IMG/VR virus record: IMGVR_UViG_3300022745_000020 | Location: 64,001 to 128,000 of that record | Length of the DNA: 64,000 nt | Source: a virus | Direction: 5' to 3' (one strand) | Shown here: positions 20,354 to 32,100 of the stretch, piece by piece | Layout: every line of letters starts with the position of its first letter | Position numbering within the stretch: the first letter of the stretch is position 1 | Program-made: the position numbers and the translations under genes | The notes under the pieces: generated by a model | Databases searched by the model: none | What the model saw: the letters and a program-made list of their open reading frames with translations, nothing else | What the model was told of the DNA's origin: nothing

Positions 20354-20833
20354 ATGAATCGTGACAATGACAGTGAACACCATCGAAGGATGGGCAGCGA
20401 TCGCAGGGGCTTCACAGAGTACTGTGGCCCTGGCGGTGCGCTCAAACTGCTTTGGGTGCGTGTGCTTTTCGCCGTCGGGCTGGACCTCACCAGCTTCAAG
20501 TCCTTGCTCAACGAGTACGTCCACAAGACGTATGGTGCTGCTGCTTCACAACCTGGCAGTGCCAAAGTCTCCAACGGCAGGATCGATCAGATCCATACGC
20601 TGCGAGCGAACTTGAGGAGATCCTTGACTCAGCATCAGGAGTTGACTTTTAAGAAGTTGATTCAAGGGCTGAAGATCTTGGGCATGGTGAAGTTAACGAT
20701 CACGTTGGATGGGGAGTTCAAGCCCAGAGATGGTCATCCCCCCAGAAAGATCAGCGTGAGCATCCCGATGAATCTGGGTAAGGTCAGCATCGAGCCCAGC
20801 GATGAATCAACAGGAGAATCTGAAGATGCATGA
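20354..20833 (+). CDS. Conserved jumbo-phage hypothetical protein
   Basis: 159 aa, RBS gagg; NL.R.L....LTFK....GL.IL motif. Confidence 0.6.
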   Translation: MNRDNDSEHHRRMGSDRRGFTEYCGPGGALKLLWVRVLFAVGLDLTSFKSLLNEYVHKTYGAAASQPGSAKVSNGRIDQIHTLRANLRRSLTQHQELTFKKLIQGLKILGMVKLTITLDGEFKPRDGHPPRKISVSIPMNLGKVSIEPSDESTGESEDA

Positions 20834-21374
20834 AGGTCAACCAGTGAAATCCCTCCTAGAGGTATTTCGTGACAACGTGAGCTACTGCCTGACAGAGCTC
20901 GAAGGCCCGGAGATCCGAGCAATCATTGACACCTGCTTGCGATGGGTGAAGATCCATCCGCAGCTCATGCTCAGTGATCCGGTCATCGAGCAGTTTCGCA
21001 GCGATTGCAACTTCACGCAGTTTGCACGTTTCGCATCGCGGGTATGCATGCTCAGTGAGGTGCAGCTGGACAAGAGCGTCTACGACGAACAGCTCATCGC
21101 CATCGTCAGGGCACTGAACTGCCACGACGAGCACTACACCTTACCCGTGGGTGATGAGCCGGTGCTGGGTCTGCACTCCATGATCGATCGAGTGCTGGGT
21201 GAGCGACTACCTCTCCAAGTCGAGACGAAGTTGAGTGATGAACAAATCACCAGCGTGCTGATCACCATTGTCTTGGCCAACCGCTTCTTGCAATTCGCCT
21301 TGTTGCTGTCGTTTAGCCCATCGGTGATCGTTCTCAAGGAGATCAAGACTCTGATGGACAGGACCCCTGCGTGA
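20826..21374 (+). CDS. Hypothetical protein
   Basis: ATG 20826 preceded by aggag, overlaps previous stop. Confidence 0.55.
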   Translation: MHEGQPVKSLLEVFRDNVSYCLTELEGPEIRAIIDTCLRWVKIHPQLMLSDPVIEQFRSDCNFTQFARFASRVCMLSEVQLDKSVYDEQLIAIVRALNCHDEHYTLPVGDEPVLGLHSMIDRVLGERLPLQVETKLSDEQITSVLITIVLANRFLQFALLLSFSPSVIVLKEIKTLMDRTPA

Positions 21375-21457
21375 GCCAACGCACCAATCGCTCGTTACTC
21401 CCCCACAACGCGTTTTTTCTCCCTCAATCTCTTTTCTTCCCCCACAAAGGAATCATC

Positions 21458-22573
21458 ATGTCTGACAACGAACTCCACACCAGCGCCCAAATCGAAGCCC
21501 AAGCTGAAGCGGCTATCCAAGTCGAGACCATCGTCTATGAATCGGCTGAACTGACCACGCTGGAGCTGCCCGTGAACTTCCAGCCCATCGGCTCTGAAGG
21601 CTTCGACTTCTCCGACATCACTCTTCCCGATCCGATGAACACTGTCGCTGGCGACGCACTGAGCCAGACGCAACAGCAAGAGCCCCCGAGCGTGCCCGAG
21701 GTCACGTTCGACTACGAGTCCAGCGAAGACGATGTCCAAGAGCCCAAGCACACCAAGAAGGGCAAGAACAAGAACAAGAATCGCAAGGCTCACCGGGTGG
21801 ATGAGCCGCATGTGCTCAATGGTGAAGAAGCCGTCCACGCAGCAGGTGAACTTAAGCGCCACTTCCAAGAAGCCCCTCCGAAGAAGGTGGCTGCGCTGTT
21901 TCGCTCAGCAGATCTGCTGGGTGACATGATGAAGCAGCGCGGCATGGATGTCTGGCAACCCCCGAAGGAAGGAGTGGACTTCATCAACTTCTCCTCCCGA
22001 TCCGCCACCCCCATGGGTAGGGTGTTCGACATCTACTCCCCCTTCAAGGCGTTCAACCCGAGCACCGACAAGGTCGAAATCACCCCAGTGACCATCCCCA
22101 ACTTGGGGAACTTCGTCACAGTGGCCGGCATCTTGTATGCCATCGCGGGTGTCTATCGCAGCGATGATACCGCTGCCTTGAGTGACGAGACTCAGCACGA
22201 GCTGCACACGTCCTACGCCGGACCGCTTAACGGCGTCACGTACGGGCTGCGACTGGTGGAGATGCCCGGGCTCAAGCGAGTGATGTGTGATGTGCTCTGG
22301 CTGGTGCTGAAAAGCAATCCGGTCATGGCCAACATGCTCAAGGAGTCGGGTGGCATCCAACTGCGCTCATTCTACGTCAATGACCAAGGTGTGGAGAAGA
22401 GCTCCATACATGAGGCCTGGCTGGTCGAGCTCTACTCGATCTGCCGCGTTTACTTGCAAAACGACGTGGAGGATCCGGAGTTCACCATCGGGGTCGACGA
22501 GCCGCTCCTGCCCGCACCGCGGCAGAGCTATAGCAAGCGCCAAGGCTATCGGGGTAATCGCAGCCGCGACTGA
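21458..22573 (+). CDS. Acidic N-terminus plus degenerate T4 gp30.3/NADAR-like domain
   Basis: EGVDFINFSSRSATPMGR...P.LG.F.TV.G resembles the DG..HINI.S...T.LG...G.F.SVEG family; start from RBS aagga. Confidence 0.4.
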   Translation: MSDNELHTSAQIEAQAEAAIQVETIVYESAELTTLELPVNFQPIGSEGFDFSDITLPDPMNTVAGDALSQTQQQEPPSVPEVTFDYESSEDDVQEPKHTKKGKNKNKNRKAHRVDEPHVLNGEEAVHAAGELKRHFQEAPPKKVAALFRSADLLGDMMKQRGMDVWQPPKEGVDFINFSSRSATPMGRVFDIYSPFKAFNPSTDKVEITPVTIPNLGNFVTVAGILYAIAGVYRSDDTAALSDETQHELHTSYAGPLNGVTYGLRLVEMPGLKRVMCDVLWLVLKSNPVMANMLKESGGIQLRSFYVNDQGVEKSSIHEAWLVELYSICRVYLQNDVEDPEFTIGVDEPLLPAPRQSYSKRQGYRGNRSRD

Positions 22574-22596
22574 TCAATGCAACGCTGATCGATGAA

Positions 22597-22661
22597 GAGT
22601 CTGAGTGTGCTAGAGGGAGTCACATCCTTCTGGTCCACTCGGGCTCTTTTATTTTTTTTTT
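22597..22661 (+). terminator. Rho-independent terminator
   Basis: Imperfect stem (gagtctgagtg...cactcgggctc) followed by a long T run. Confidence 0.6.
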
Positions 22662-22727
22662 CATATATCGACTTTTTTCAATCCAATGATTTACTCATAT
22701 AAAAACCCCCTCTCATAGGTGCGTGGC

Positions 22728-23849
22728 ATGACTCTGGCTCAATCTACATTTCAAACCGGTGCGAGCGATGCACTGCAAGCCGTAGACGTCTACAATCAAA
22801 CGGGTGCGGCTGTCATCAACACCATCCGCGATACGGCAGGTTATATCAAGAGTCTGGATAGGACGTTCAAATCCGCCACTGACTTGAGCATCAATGGCAT
22901 CTCTGTAGACTCTATACTCAAGATCAATCAAGGCCAACTCATGGTCAATCCAGATGCGATGCTCAAAGCTGCATTGAGAGACGTGCCTGGGTTGATGTCG
23001 GCTTATCAGACACTGTCGGATGCTCGTAAAGTGACCTTCACGGCCATTGAAGATGCCATCAGCCTAGTCAAGGTCACCAAAGGTGCTGCTCAGTCGTTTT
23101 TAAAGTCAGCTCCAATCAACGATGTGCGAGCCATCATGGGCATGGTCATGGCCATGGCCGAGGGCTGCCCACTGTTTCCCAATATCGTCGTAGAAGATAT
23201 CGGAGCACTTCGATTTTTATTGAAGAAACTCCTGCATGAGGCCACCACACTGGGGCTGACTGGACTATATGGGGCTTTCGTAGGCTGCCCTAAATTCACT
23301 GAGGATACTCATCGGGCTGTTACGCAGTCCATGTGCTCGACGCTGTATGGTACATGTAACAACGACTTGCTGCTGGAGATCGCTGAGAATGGTGGAGGCA
23401 GATTCCTCCTAGAGGGCGATCCTAATTTCTTTAGGAACTACGTCTGTAAGTATCAGCTGGGATACAGCTCTGCATCCGAACTCTGGAGAGCTAAGCAATC
23501 CACATTCGCAGATGACTTGAAGAAGATCATCCGAGCCTTCGGTCTGATCGATCCGATGTGGTTTGTCTCTAAACTCAACAAAGACATCCATGCCATCCAT
23601 GCGTATGTATTTGATAAAGCCAGTGATGATATGTTTGAGCTGATGCGTCACGCTCAGATGCTCAACTGTCCCAGCTCTCGAGCTATGATTCGCCACTGTG
23701 AGTCCACTCACGACTGGAGCACATTCGATACCCGCCAGTACGTCATGCTCACCTATCACGCGAGCATGCTGCGGCGTCAAAAAGACGCCAAGAAAGGCTA
23801 CGCCCTACTGCGAGCTGAGATGGCCAAGAGCTTTCATTTTCTTAAATAA
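22728..23849 (+). CDS. Probable virion/baseplate protein
   Basis: LA..TFQTG..D.L..VDVY N-terminus; upstream of a gp182-like gene. Confidence 0.45.
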   Translation: MTLAQSTFQTGASDALQAVDVYNQTGAAVINTIRDTAGYIKSLDRTFKSATDLSINGISVDSILKINQGQLMVNPDAMLKAALRDVPGLMSAYQTLSDARKVTFTAIEDAISLVKVTKGAAQSFLKSAPINDVRAIMGMVMAMAEGCPLFPNIVVEDIGALRFLLKKLLHEATTLGLTGLYGAFVGCPKFTEDTHRAVTQSMCSTLYGTCNNDLLLEIAENGGGRFLLEGDPNFFRNYVCKYQLGYSSASELWRAKQSTFADDLKKIIRAFGLIDPMWFVSKLNKDIHAIHAYVFDKASDDMFELMRHAQMLNCPSSRAMIRHCESTHDWSTFDTRQYVMLTYHASMLRRQKDAKKGYALLRAEMAKSFHFLK

Positions 23850-23865
23850 AACATACATACACCCC

Positions 23866-23907
23866 CCACAGTAGTGCAGGTCAATCCAATGACCTGCACT
23901 ACTGTGG
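23866..23907. terminator. 18-bp inverted repeat
   Basis: ccacagtagtgcaggtca / tgacctgcactactgtgg. Confidence 0.65.
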
Positions 23908-23989
23908 TGTATAACTGTCTCTATTTTTACTCTATGCACTTCAGTAGTGCGCCAGCATCAGACACCCTGCGAAGAGGAATAAAACACCT

Positions 23990-26092
23990 ATGGCCACCAC
24001 CTCCCCCATCGAGCAAGCCGCTCAGATTCGATTGGCTCAACGCAGCCTGATCAGCCCCAACGGAATGATCACTGATCGCTTATGGATACGTCAGGCGTTT
24101 TTGGTGCCTCCCACCCTAGGCTCCACAGGTGGACCCGCTTCTAGTCTAGACCCAGTGGATCAGGAAAACAGAGGCTACTCCAGTGCATCGTTTAAGTACA
24201 CCGACTCTACTGTGGGTGGGAACTTCTGCATCAATCCACCTCCTCAGTTCACACCCTATGCGGATATCCCTGTTAAGGGGCTGAGTCGTCAAGCAGTGGA
24301 TCAAGGCATCGCCTATTCAGCGGGCTTTACAGGCATGGGCAGGTACTACAGTGAAGCCATCGATGACAACAATCGCATCGTGCACTTGAGTTTTGGGTTT
24401 GTATCGTACAACTCACTGACTCAGTTCTTCACAGGGTTTTACACGCCCTCACTGGCTACGCTGGCTCGCACGGGTAGATCGACCACTGGCTTCATTGATA
24501 TGTTCTTGAAGACAGCTTTTGGTGTGATTAATCTAGCGGTACTGCCTCTGACGATCATCCCTATCTTGTTCATGACCATCGGTAATGCGATTCGGTTTAT
24601 GTTCAAAATACCCGCTAGTAAGTTTTGCTATTTCAAAGAAGGTATGACCTCATACTGGAAGGTGGTGAACAACTTAGTCAACCAGCTAGCGGTCAATCGT
24701 CAGTTGATCACTTATACACAGTCCAGCGTGTTTGAATCGTTCATTGGTGAGAAACCTAAACTCGATAACGCTACAAAGACCATCTTTCATCAAATCTTTC
24801 CAGAGATGGCTGAAGATGGTATCATCGACGTCTATGCCATTGCTAACCGTGCTAAGCGCCTAGAGCAGCGTCACCGCAAGGAGATGTTCAAGCAACTGAG
24901 TGCCTTAGGAGATGAGGGTTGGTACGGTAAGGTCAGGAAAGTCTATAAGGAAAATGCAGGTCTGGAGCAAATCGATGCTCATGAGACCATGCCGTTTTCT
25001 CAAAAGACATTCTGGGAAAAGTTCTTCGCTGGAGCTGAGCTCAGTAAAGGCGATACTGAGGGCATCATCGAGCAGGATCTGCGCACTCGAAAAGACACTG
25101 CCAACGCAGCGACTGCCAGTGGAGGTAAGACACTCGAAGATCTAAAGACTCAGCCCTATGAGCCTAATGTCTCCGACGGATTTTTCGAATACTTCTTGGC
25201 ATCTGCTGCCGACGGCAGTTCTTGGGCATCGTTTCGGGTCGACGACACGGGATCCACCACTGAGACGTTCTCTAACTCTACTTCCCCGTCTTCTCTAGCG
25301 GATAAACTCAACTCCGCTTCTAAGTCTGCACGAGAGACTCACATCAGCTTTGCTGAAGGTAATGTAGACAGTGCGGGGTTTGTCAAAGGTGTACTCGATG
25401 GGGCTGTGAGCATCCTCACCAACACGGCCGATTTGCTACATATCGGGGGGTTGGTGCAGTTTGCTGGTCGTGCATTTGTAGATATCCCTGAGCACTGGAC
25501 AGATCACGCCGCTAGTGTGGGGGAGACTTCTACGTACACCACCACACTCATCAGCCCCTATGGAAACGTAGTTTCGCAGATGATGCACATCTACATCCCG
25601 CTGTGTATGCTCCTAGCTGGAGCACTACCTTTAGCCACCGGTAAGCAGTCGTACACCAGTCCATTCGTGTGTCAGCTCTATGACAGAGGGCGAAGTATCA
25701 CTCGCTTAGGTATGATCACATCACTCACCATCACTCGGGGTACGTCGAATATGGCCTGGGATAGAAACGGCAACGCCATGGCCATCGATGTGTCGTTTAC
25801 GGTGAAGGATCTCTCCTCAGTGGTGAGTCTGCCTATCCATGAAGGCATGAGCATCATGCCCCTAGAAGGCGTCTTCGATAGTGAGAATAAATTCACAGAT
25901 TACATGATGGCGCTATCGGCCACGAGTCTGCCAGACGCTCATGATCGTCTACCCATCCTCAAGAGGCAGATGGATACCAAGATCGCTCAGATCAAACAGA
26001 TCGCATCTCCTGCTATGTGGGGTATGCAGTTTGCGAATATGCTCCCAGGTCAGCTCATGAATATCTTTATGAGTCCGACTGATAAGCGTTGA
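23990..26092 (+). CDS. Baseplate hub/tail-tip-type virion protein (phiKZ gp182-like)
   Basis: KYTD...GGN..INPPPQFTPYAD, GMGRYYSEAIDDN, SYTSPF..QLYDRGR, ITRGT.N; converges on the tape measure gene. Confidence 0.65.
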   Translation: MATTSPIEQAAQIRLAQRSLISPNGMITDRLWIRQAFLVPPTLGSTGGPASSLDPVDQENRGYSSASFKYTDSTVGGNFCINPPPQFTPYADIPVKGLSRQAVDQGIAYSAGFTGMGRYYSEAIDDNNRIVHLSFGFVSYNSLTQFFTGFYTPSLATLARTGRSTTGFIDMFLKTAFGVINLAVLPLTIIPILFMTIGNAIRFMFKIPASKFCYFKEGMTSYWKVVNNLVNQLAVNRQLITYTQSSVFESFIGEKPKLDNATKTIFHQIFPEMAEDGIIDVYAIANRAKRLEQRHRKEMFKQLSALGDEGWYGKVRKVYKENAGLEQIDAHETMPFSQKTFWEKFFAGAELSKGDTEGIIEQDLRTRKDTANAATASGGKTLEDLKTQPYEPNVSDGFFEYFLASAADGSSWASFRVDDTGSTTETFSNSTSPSSLADKLNSASKSARETHISFAEGNVDSAGFVKGVLDGAVSILTNTADLLHIGGLVQFAGRAFVDIPEHWTDHAASVGETSTYTTTLISPYGNVVSQMMHIYIPLCMLLAGALPLATGKQSYTSPFVCQLYDRGRSITRLGMITSLTITRGTSNMAWDRNGNAMAIDVSFTVKDLSSVVSLPIHEGMSIMPLEGVFDSENKFTDYMMALSATSLPDAHDRLPILKRQMDTKIAQIKQIASPAMWGMQFANMLPGQLMNIFMSPTDKR

Positions 26093-26106
26093 TACAGCAT
26101 AGAGCC

Positions 26107-26143
26107 CACTCACCACCCTAGCGCATTGCCAGGGTGGTGAGTG
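26107..26143. terminator. Inverted repeat between convergent genes
   Basis: cactcaccaccct / agggtggtgagtg. Confidence 0.6.
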
Positions 26144-26152
26144 AGTATGCTT

Positions 26153-29100
26153 TTATGCTCTGCGTCTCATGGACACAGGAAGATCGGGGATATCATATCG
26201 AGCACTCATTGGCTTGGAGTTACTCCTCACAGCTGGAGTATCATTAGTCAATTCAGTCTCGGGTTTAGCTGAGGGGTCCTTAGCCTGCATAGACTCCACA
26301 GCAGCAGGGATATTGGGTTTATTAGCGATGATGGCCAGTAGTTGCTCCATGCGCTTTTGTACAACCAGACTCTCGCTCAAGATCCCTTCGGTCTTAAACA
26401 TCAGGTTGGCACCTGGGCTGTTATCGACTGCGGGTTCGATGCGAGTGGGCTGGAGATTGCTCATGTCTAAGCCCAGACTAGCGCGAGCAAAGTCTGACTT
26501 TATAGCCGCTCTGGAGGGCTTGGGAGTAGCTGTGGCTACCTCTGTATCCCCCGAGGGGGTTTGAGGCCTTGTAGAGGCCTTTAAAGCCCTCCAAGAGCTA
26601 TCCTGAGATGCATTTTGTACAGCAGAGACTCGCGTGCGCTCGACAGGGACAGTATCACTGCCTAAATCGATCCCAAACGCAGCTGCAGTCTTCCTGAGCT
26701 TAGCATCGATGTAGTCCACCAGAGCCTGTACAGATCTGGGAGATCCATTGTCGTAGAAGATACTTTCATTAGCAGCAGCTGCCTTAGGCAGGATCTGAGC
26801 AGCTGGAGTCTGAGGGGCATTTTGGTACACCTCATACAGGCGCTTGGCTCCAGCCTTACCCAGGAAGTGAGCCATGTAGGCTTTGGTCACATCCTGAGTC
26901 TGACCGTCGCTGTTGGCCTTGATGAGGTGTGCTCCCATGAGAGCGTTAGCACGAGCATCGTAGACTGAAGTGCTCTCGGGCATATAGCCGTATCTAGAGC
27001 CATACTTAGAAACAGTTTCCTCCCAAGTGGCTTGAGTGAAACCGTTGAGTCCGGCAGCACTGCCGAGCTTAGCTCTGGCGTCTGGGTTAAAGCCAGACTC
27101 CATAGCTGCAGTAGCCAGTGCCACCTTAGGGTCCACACCCACCGCCTGAGCAGCTGCGGTGATGGTGTCTTTGACCGATTGCTTATCTCGGCTCTTGGGC
27201 TCAGGGACTTTAGTCAGAGCACCTATGGTGGGTTTTTCTGGCAGAGCACCGAATTGAGCCTTGTTAGGTGCATCGGTAGACGCCACTGCGGGCTTACTCT
27301 CCGCATCAGGCAGAGGAGCAAACTTGGGCTGATTGCTCGCTTGCAGTGGGGCTTTACCTGGCTGAGATACAGGCCCCACGATACCCGTTTGCAGTGTAGG
27401 CTTCTTAGATTGAGTCCCCAGTGGATCGATCTTCTCCAGAGGACCAGAGGCTTTAGCATCGGCATTGATGCCAGATAGTTTCACATTGGGCTGGATGCTG
27501 GCAGCAAGGATCTGGCGAGCAAGCTCTGGATTGCGAGAGCCATCGGTGGCACCCTTTTGAGTGCCTAAGCCCCCACCTCCTCGACCGATGCCTTCTTCTA
27601 TGGCTTTCATCGCCAGCTCAGGCTGCTGCTTATAGCGATCGATATCGAGCTGCACGCCCACTGGCTCGATGTGCCAGGGCTCACCTCCCACAGGTCGAAT
27701 CAGTCCATACTTGCGCAGCAGCCCCAGATCATCCATCTCATCGAGGGCTTTAGAGTCAGCATCCAGCGCTAAGCCGTAGCCATGTAGACTCTGACCAGGA
27801 ACAGCAGCTTTAGTGCCAAACTTCTGCCGCATAGCGACTTGGTCTTCATAGCTGCGATAGGCATCGGTGACGGTGATGCGCTTACCAGTGAGTTGGTAGT
27901 ATTCCTCCACAGCGCCGAAGAAGCTCTTCATGAGTGCTGGGTTGACCTGATCCATCTTGAGCTTGCCATCCTGGCGGATAAGGCTATAGCCATTGCGACC
28001 ATCCAAGAGTGGCCCATCGGCAAACTTCAAGCCACTGGGATTGACCTTGGAGTCAATTACACTCACACTGCTGGTGGCAGTGGGGGGCTTTTCCACATCC
28101 AAGGAGAAGTTGGTCTTAGGCAGCTCAGGTGCTGCCTTGGTCAACGTATCTTGCTGCTGCTTTTGAGCATCGGCTACGAGCTGTATACCACGCTGCTCAC
28201 GAGTGGGCTTGGTGGTATCTGCAGCAGCCTTATTAGGCTTAGACTTGATCTCATCGAGCTTATACTTGAGTCGGATGTCTTGGATGACAGCCTTCACATC
28301 TGTCGATGAGCAGGCCTTATACGCTGCGTCATGCAGCGGTAATACCCCGTAGCCGTAAGGGCCATCCATGTAGGAGGCTAAGCTCATATACGACTGCAGA
28401 TCTGCACCCTCCAGAGAGCTGATCGAATCGATATCGAATTTCCCAGTGACTTGCTTGACAGCCAGAGCGTGTGTCAAAAACACAGGCTTGAACCTGGCAC
28501 GATACCACATGGTGAAGCGATTGACATCTTCTTTGCTCTGACTGTCGAGATCGAAGATGGACATGATGTCCTTGAGATTGACCTTACTCTCAATGATATC
28601 AGGGCCTTGATTGGTAAACTGCACCCGATCTTGTAAGATGCGCTCGAACTTCACCACCTTGACATAATTGACTTCATCATCGGGATGAAAACCATACTGC
28701 ACCAGGCGCAGCTTGTCGATATCGCCGAGCTTGTCTTTGTAGTGACGATAGACTTTCCATGCCCCATAGCCCACAGCAGCAGCCACAGCCGCACCGATGA
28801 CCACAGGAGAGCCCAGGAAGGCCCCTAGCGCAGTACCCAGTGTAGCCAGACCAGTGCCAGCTGCAGCCATCAAACCGCCTCCAGTGGCTGCTGCAGTAGC
28901 AGCACCACCAGCCGCAGCTGTGGTGGCACTGGCAGCGCCTACAGCAGTGGCAGTACCTGCTGCTGCAGTCGCACCAGTCGTCGCTGCTGCAGCAGTAGCA
29001 GCAGCTCCCCCTAGACCCAGAGCACCGGCTCCCCAGCCCATGAGTTTACCGATACTGCCTTTGCCCAGAGACAGCAGATTCTTGATACCATCGATGAGAT

Positions 29101-32100
29101 CGCTGAGCTTACCCAGCAATCCACCAGAGTCTTTATCTGTAGAGTCTTTCTTCTGGAGTTTACTCTGTACAGACTCTTTGGCTTTCTCGATCTCCTTAGC
29201 ATCTTCTTGATGCTGCGCAGCCGATTGCTTTTGATTGCGCTTGAAGATAGACTTCAGACTCTTCAATGGAGAGACTCCTGAGGACTTAGAGCCATCTGTA
29301 GATTTATCAGCAGTGGGCGTCTCCCCACTCGATCCATCTGTAGCAGGCAGTCGATCATCCAAGATATCACGGATCTCCTCGAGTACGGACAGAGACTTTT
29401 TAGAGGTGATGGCATCGCTGCCACCGAAGAGTCCGCCGATACCCCCAGTGAGTAGATTACCCACTGCGCCCAGTCCCTTCATGCCGGCTGTGGCGATTTT
29501 CTTAGTGGCCTCCCAGCCCAGCTTCATGCCCTTGTATGCGAGTTTGCCAGCACCCATGACCAGGGACTTAGCTGCATTAAAGACCTTACCCAGGCGAGTG
29601 CGCACGGGCCGGCCCTTGTTATCGTACAGCCCTTTTTGGAGCATCTCGAGCGTGACGACTTCATTACCATCCCCATCGAGCACAGGTCCATCGATATCGG
29701 AGTAGGAGCGAATAGCCTTGCCCGTACTCTTAGATGTATAATAGCCCTTGACCATGAGGTTGGCCAGCAGTACAGGATCTTTTACACCTGGGCTGTATAG
29801 ATCCACAGGCCTGCCTAGGAAGTTGTATCCTGCTTTGAGTGCACTGCCTATGAACGATCGAGCAGACTTGAGGATGGTCATCTCCAGATTCCACATGGCA
29901 GACACGCCACCTGTGGCTAGCCAGCCCAGGCCCTTGACGATCTTCTTGGGGACGTAAGCCAAACCCCTGCCCACCAGTGAGGTGAGCCTGACCATGATCC
30001 CACGAGGATCTGGACACACCAGTTGATCGAGCTCCTCATCCTTGATGAGGATATTCCCACTCTCATCGGTGATGGCTTGATTGATGTCTTTATGGGACTT
30101 CAGCACATCCTTGCTGTGTAGACGACGATACTTACCCGCATCGATTTGTACTCCATACAGGCGAGGTTTATTCTCCCCCTTGACATACACATCACGAGTT
30201 TGTTCTTTAAACTTACCCGGGATACTTGCAGCGGCTTTGGCTACATCCCACATCCCACTGGCGATCTTCCCACTGAGCTTGGCACTACCCATGAAGAGTC
30301 TACCTGTACCACTGATCAGTCCGGATACCCCACCGATGGCTTTATCCTTAGCCCAAATGAGAGAGCGGTTAGTCATACTCAGCTTGGGTTTACCACCCAA
30401 GCCAGCGATAGCCACGTGCTCGACTCGATCGAGGATCTTATTCAAAGTCTCATTGATTCGATCGAGTTGCTGAGGGACACCTTCTCCAGGCAGAGCAGTC
30501 TGAGCCGATACTGTAGCACCTGCCTTATCTGAAGCGGAGAATTTAGATTTCAATGTATCCCAGCTGGGGATATTGACTTGCCTGATGCGCTCAGCTGCAG
30601 CGGTGAAAGCCGCAGTGGCTTTCTCCACCATGGTCTCTACAGACTGAGGATCGATCTTGAGCTTGTCTTTGAGTGTGGACAGTGATGGCCGATCGATGTG
30701 CTCAGGGGGTGGCTCGACTGTCTTAGCCTCGATGTCTTGCGCTTGAGAGTTGTCATACTTAGATGTATACCCCGAGCGCTGACCCCGATCCATGATGACA
30801 CTAAGCCTATCGTCAGGGGCTCTGACCACAGGCAATAGGGATCTGCGAGATCCATCTGGATTGAGCAGCTGCACACCGCCGTCTCCGATGGGCATGATGG
30901 CTTCTTTGCCATCTTCCCCAGCTACTGCTTCTTGCACACCTTTCTTGCCAAAGAGCTTGAACTTGGTGGCCTTACTCAAGATTTTGTTGATGAACACGCC
31001 ACCTTTGGCGAACTTCTTAGTGGCTGGATCGTCTTGCTGGCCTAAGCCCGATGCAGGCTGCTCACTGCCCTTGTCGACATTGGGCACAGATTGCTCTTGC
31101 TTGATGTCTTCGGCTTGCGATGCGGCAGTCGGAGGCGTTTTGGTTTGACTGTCCTCATCCTTTTTCTCACCAGCCTCTTTGATCTCTTTCCAAGATTCAA
31201 GAAGTCCTTCCTTGATTTTGATCATGCGCTGCATGACTGCGACTCGGATCTTCTCTGGCAGTGCAGCGAGCTCCTTGAGTAAGAGCTCATAGTCGATCTC
31301 GCCGTCGACCGTGCAGCGCTCGAGCATAGACTCAGCTTGAGCATTGACATTCTTGATCTTAGAAGTTACTGTCTCAGTGGCTTGTTTGCCAGCATCGACT
31401 AATGCACTCAGATGGACATTGCCAGAGACTTCCTTGCTGATGGCTTTGGAGACCTCGTCGAGTTTGGCTTTAGCAGCCTGACCTGATTTACTCTTAGAGG
31501 CATCTTCCATAGCAGCTTTGAGGATATCGGAGGGCTTACCTTCCGAGCCCTCATCCAGGGTCTTTTCCAGACCGGTAGCTCCCATGGACTTGGCCATCTT
31601 GCGAGCTTGAGCAAAAGCTCCCTTCTTGGCTTTCTTGCCACGAGCTCTGAGATTTTCTTTAGTCTGCTCGTATTTGGCTTTGGCCTTCTGGACGGTCTCA
31701 GACTCACTCATGGCTTTCTTGAGCTCTTCGGCCATGGTGGGCCGCTTGGGCTCAGCCTTCTGAGCCGATGGAGTCATCTTCAGATAGTGCTCGAGCATGG
31801 CTTTGGTGTCGACTCGTCGACTCAATCCCCCCTCGTAGCCATCTTCTTGCGAAGATACGATCCCATGCTCTCTGAGCAAATCGCTGTGACCTTGATCTGC
31901 CAGTCGTTGGATATTGGTGGTGGTATCCCCCAAGTCACTGGTTAGGTTTCTGTGGATATTTCGCAGATTCATCTGCTTTTGTATAGGGACTTTTTCGAAG
32001 AACTCTCGCATGACGCGAGCGGCTTCTTCTGCACCAGCCTTGATCTCATAGCGGTTAACGTCACCCAAGGTCTGCTCATCGGCATACTCTTTGCTCGACG

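Noticed and set aside
28780-29050. gca/gct-rich low-complexity tract resembling a tandem repeat
   Set aside because: Encodes the Ala/Gly/Thr hydrophobic segment of the tape measure; not a CRISPR array or satellite
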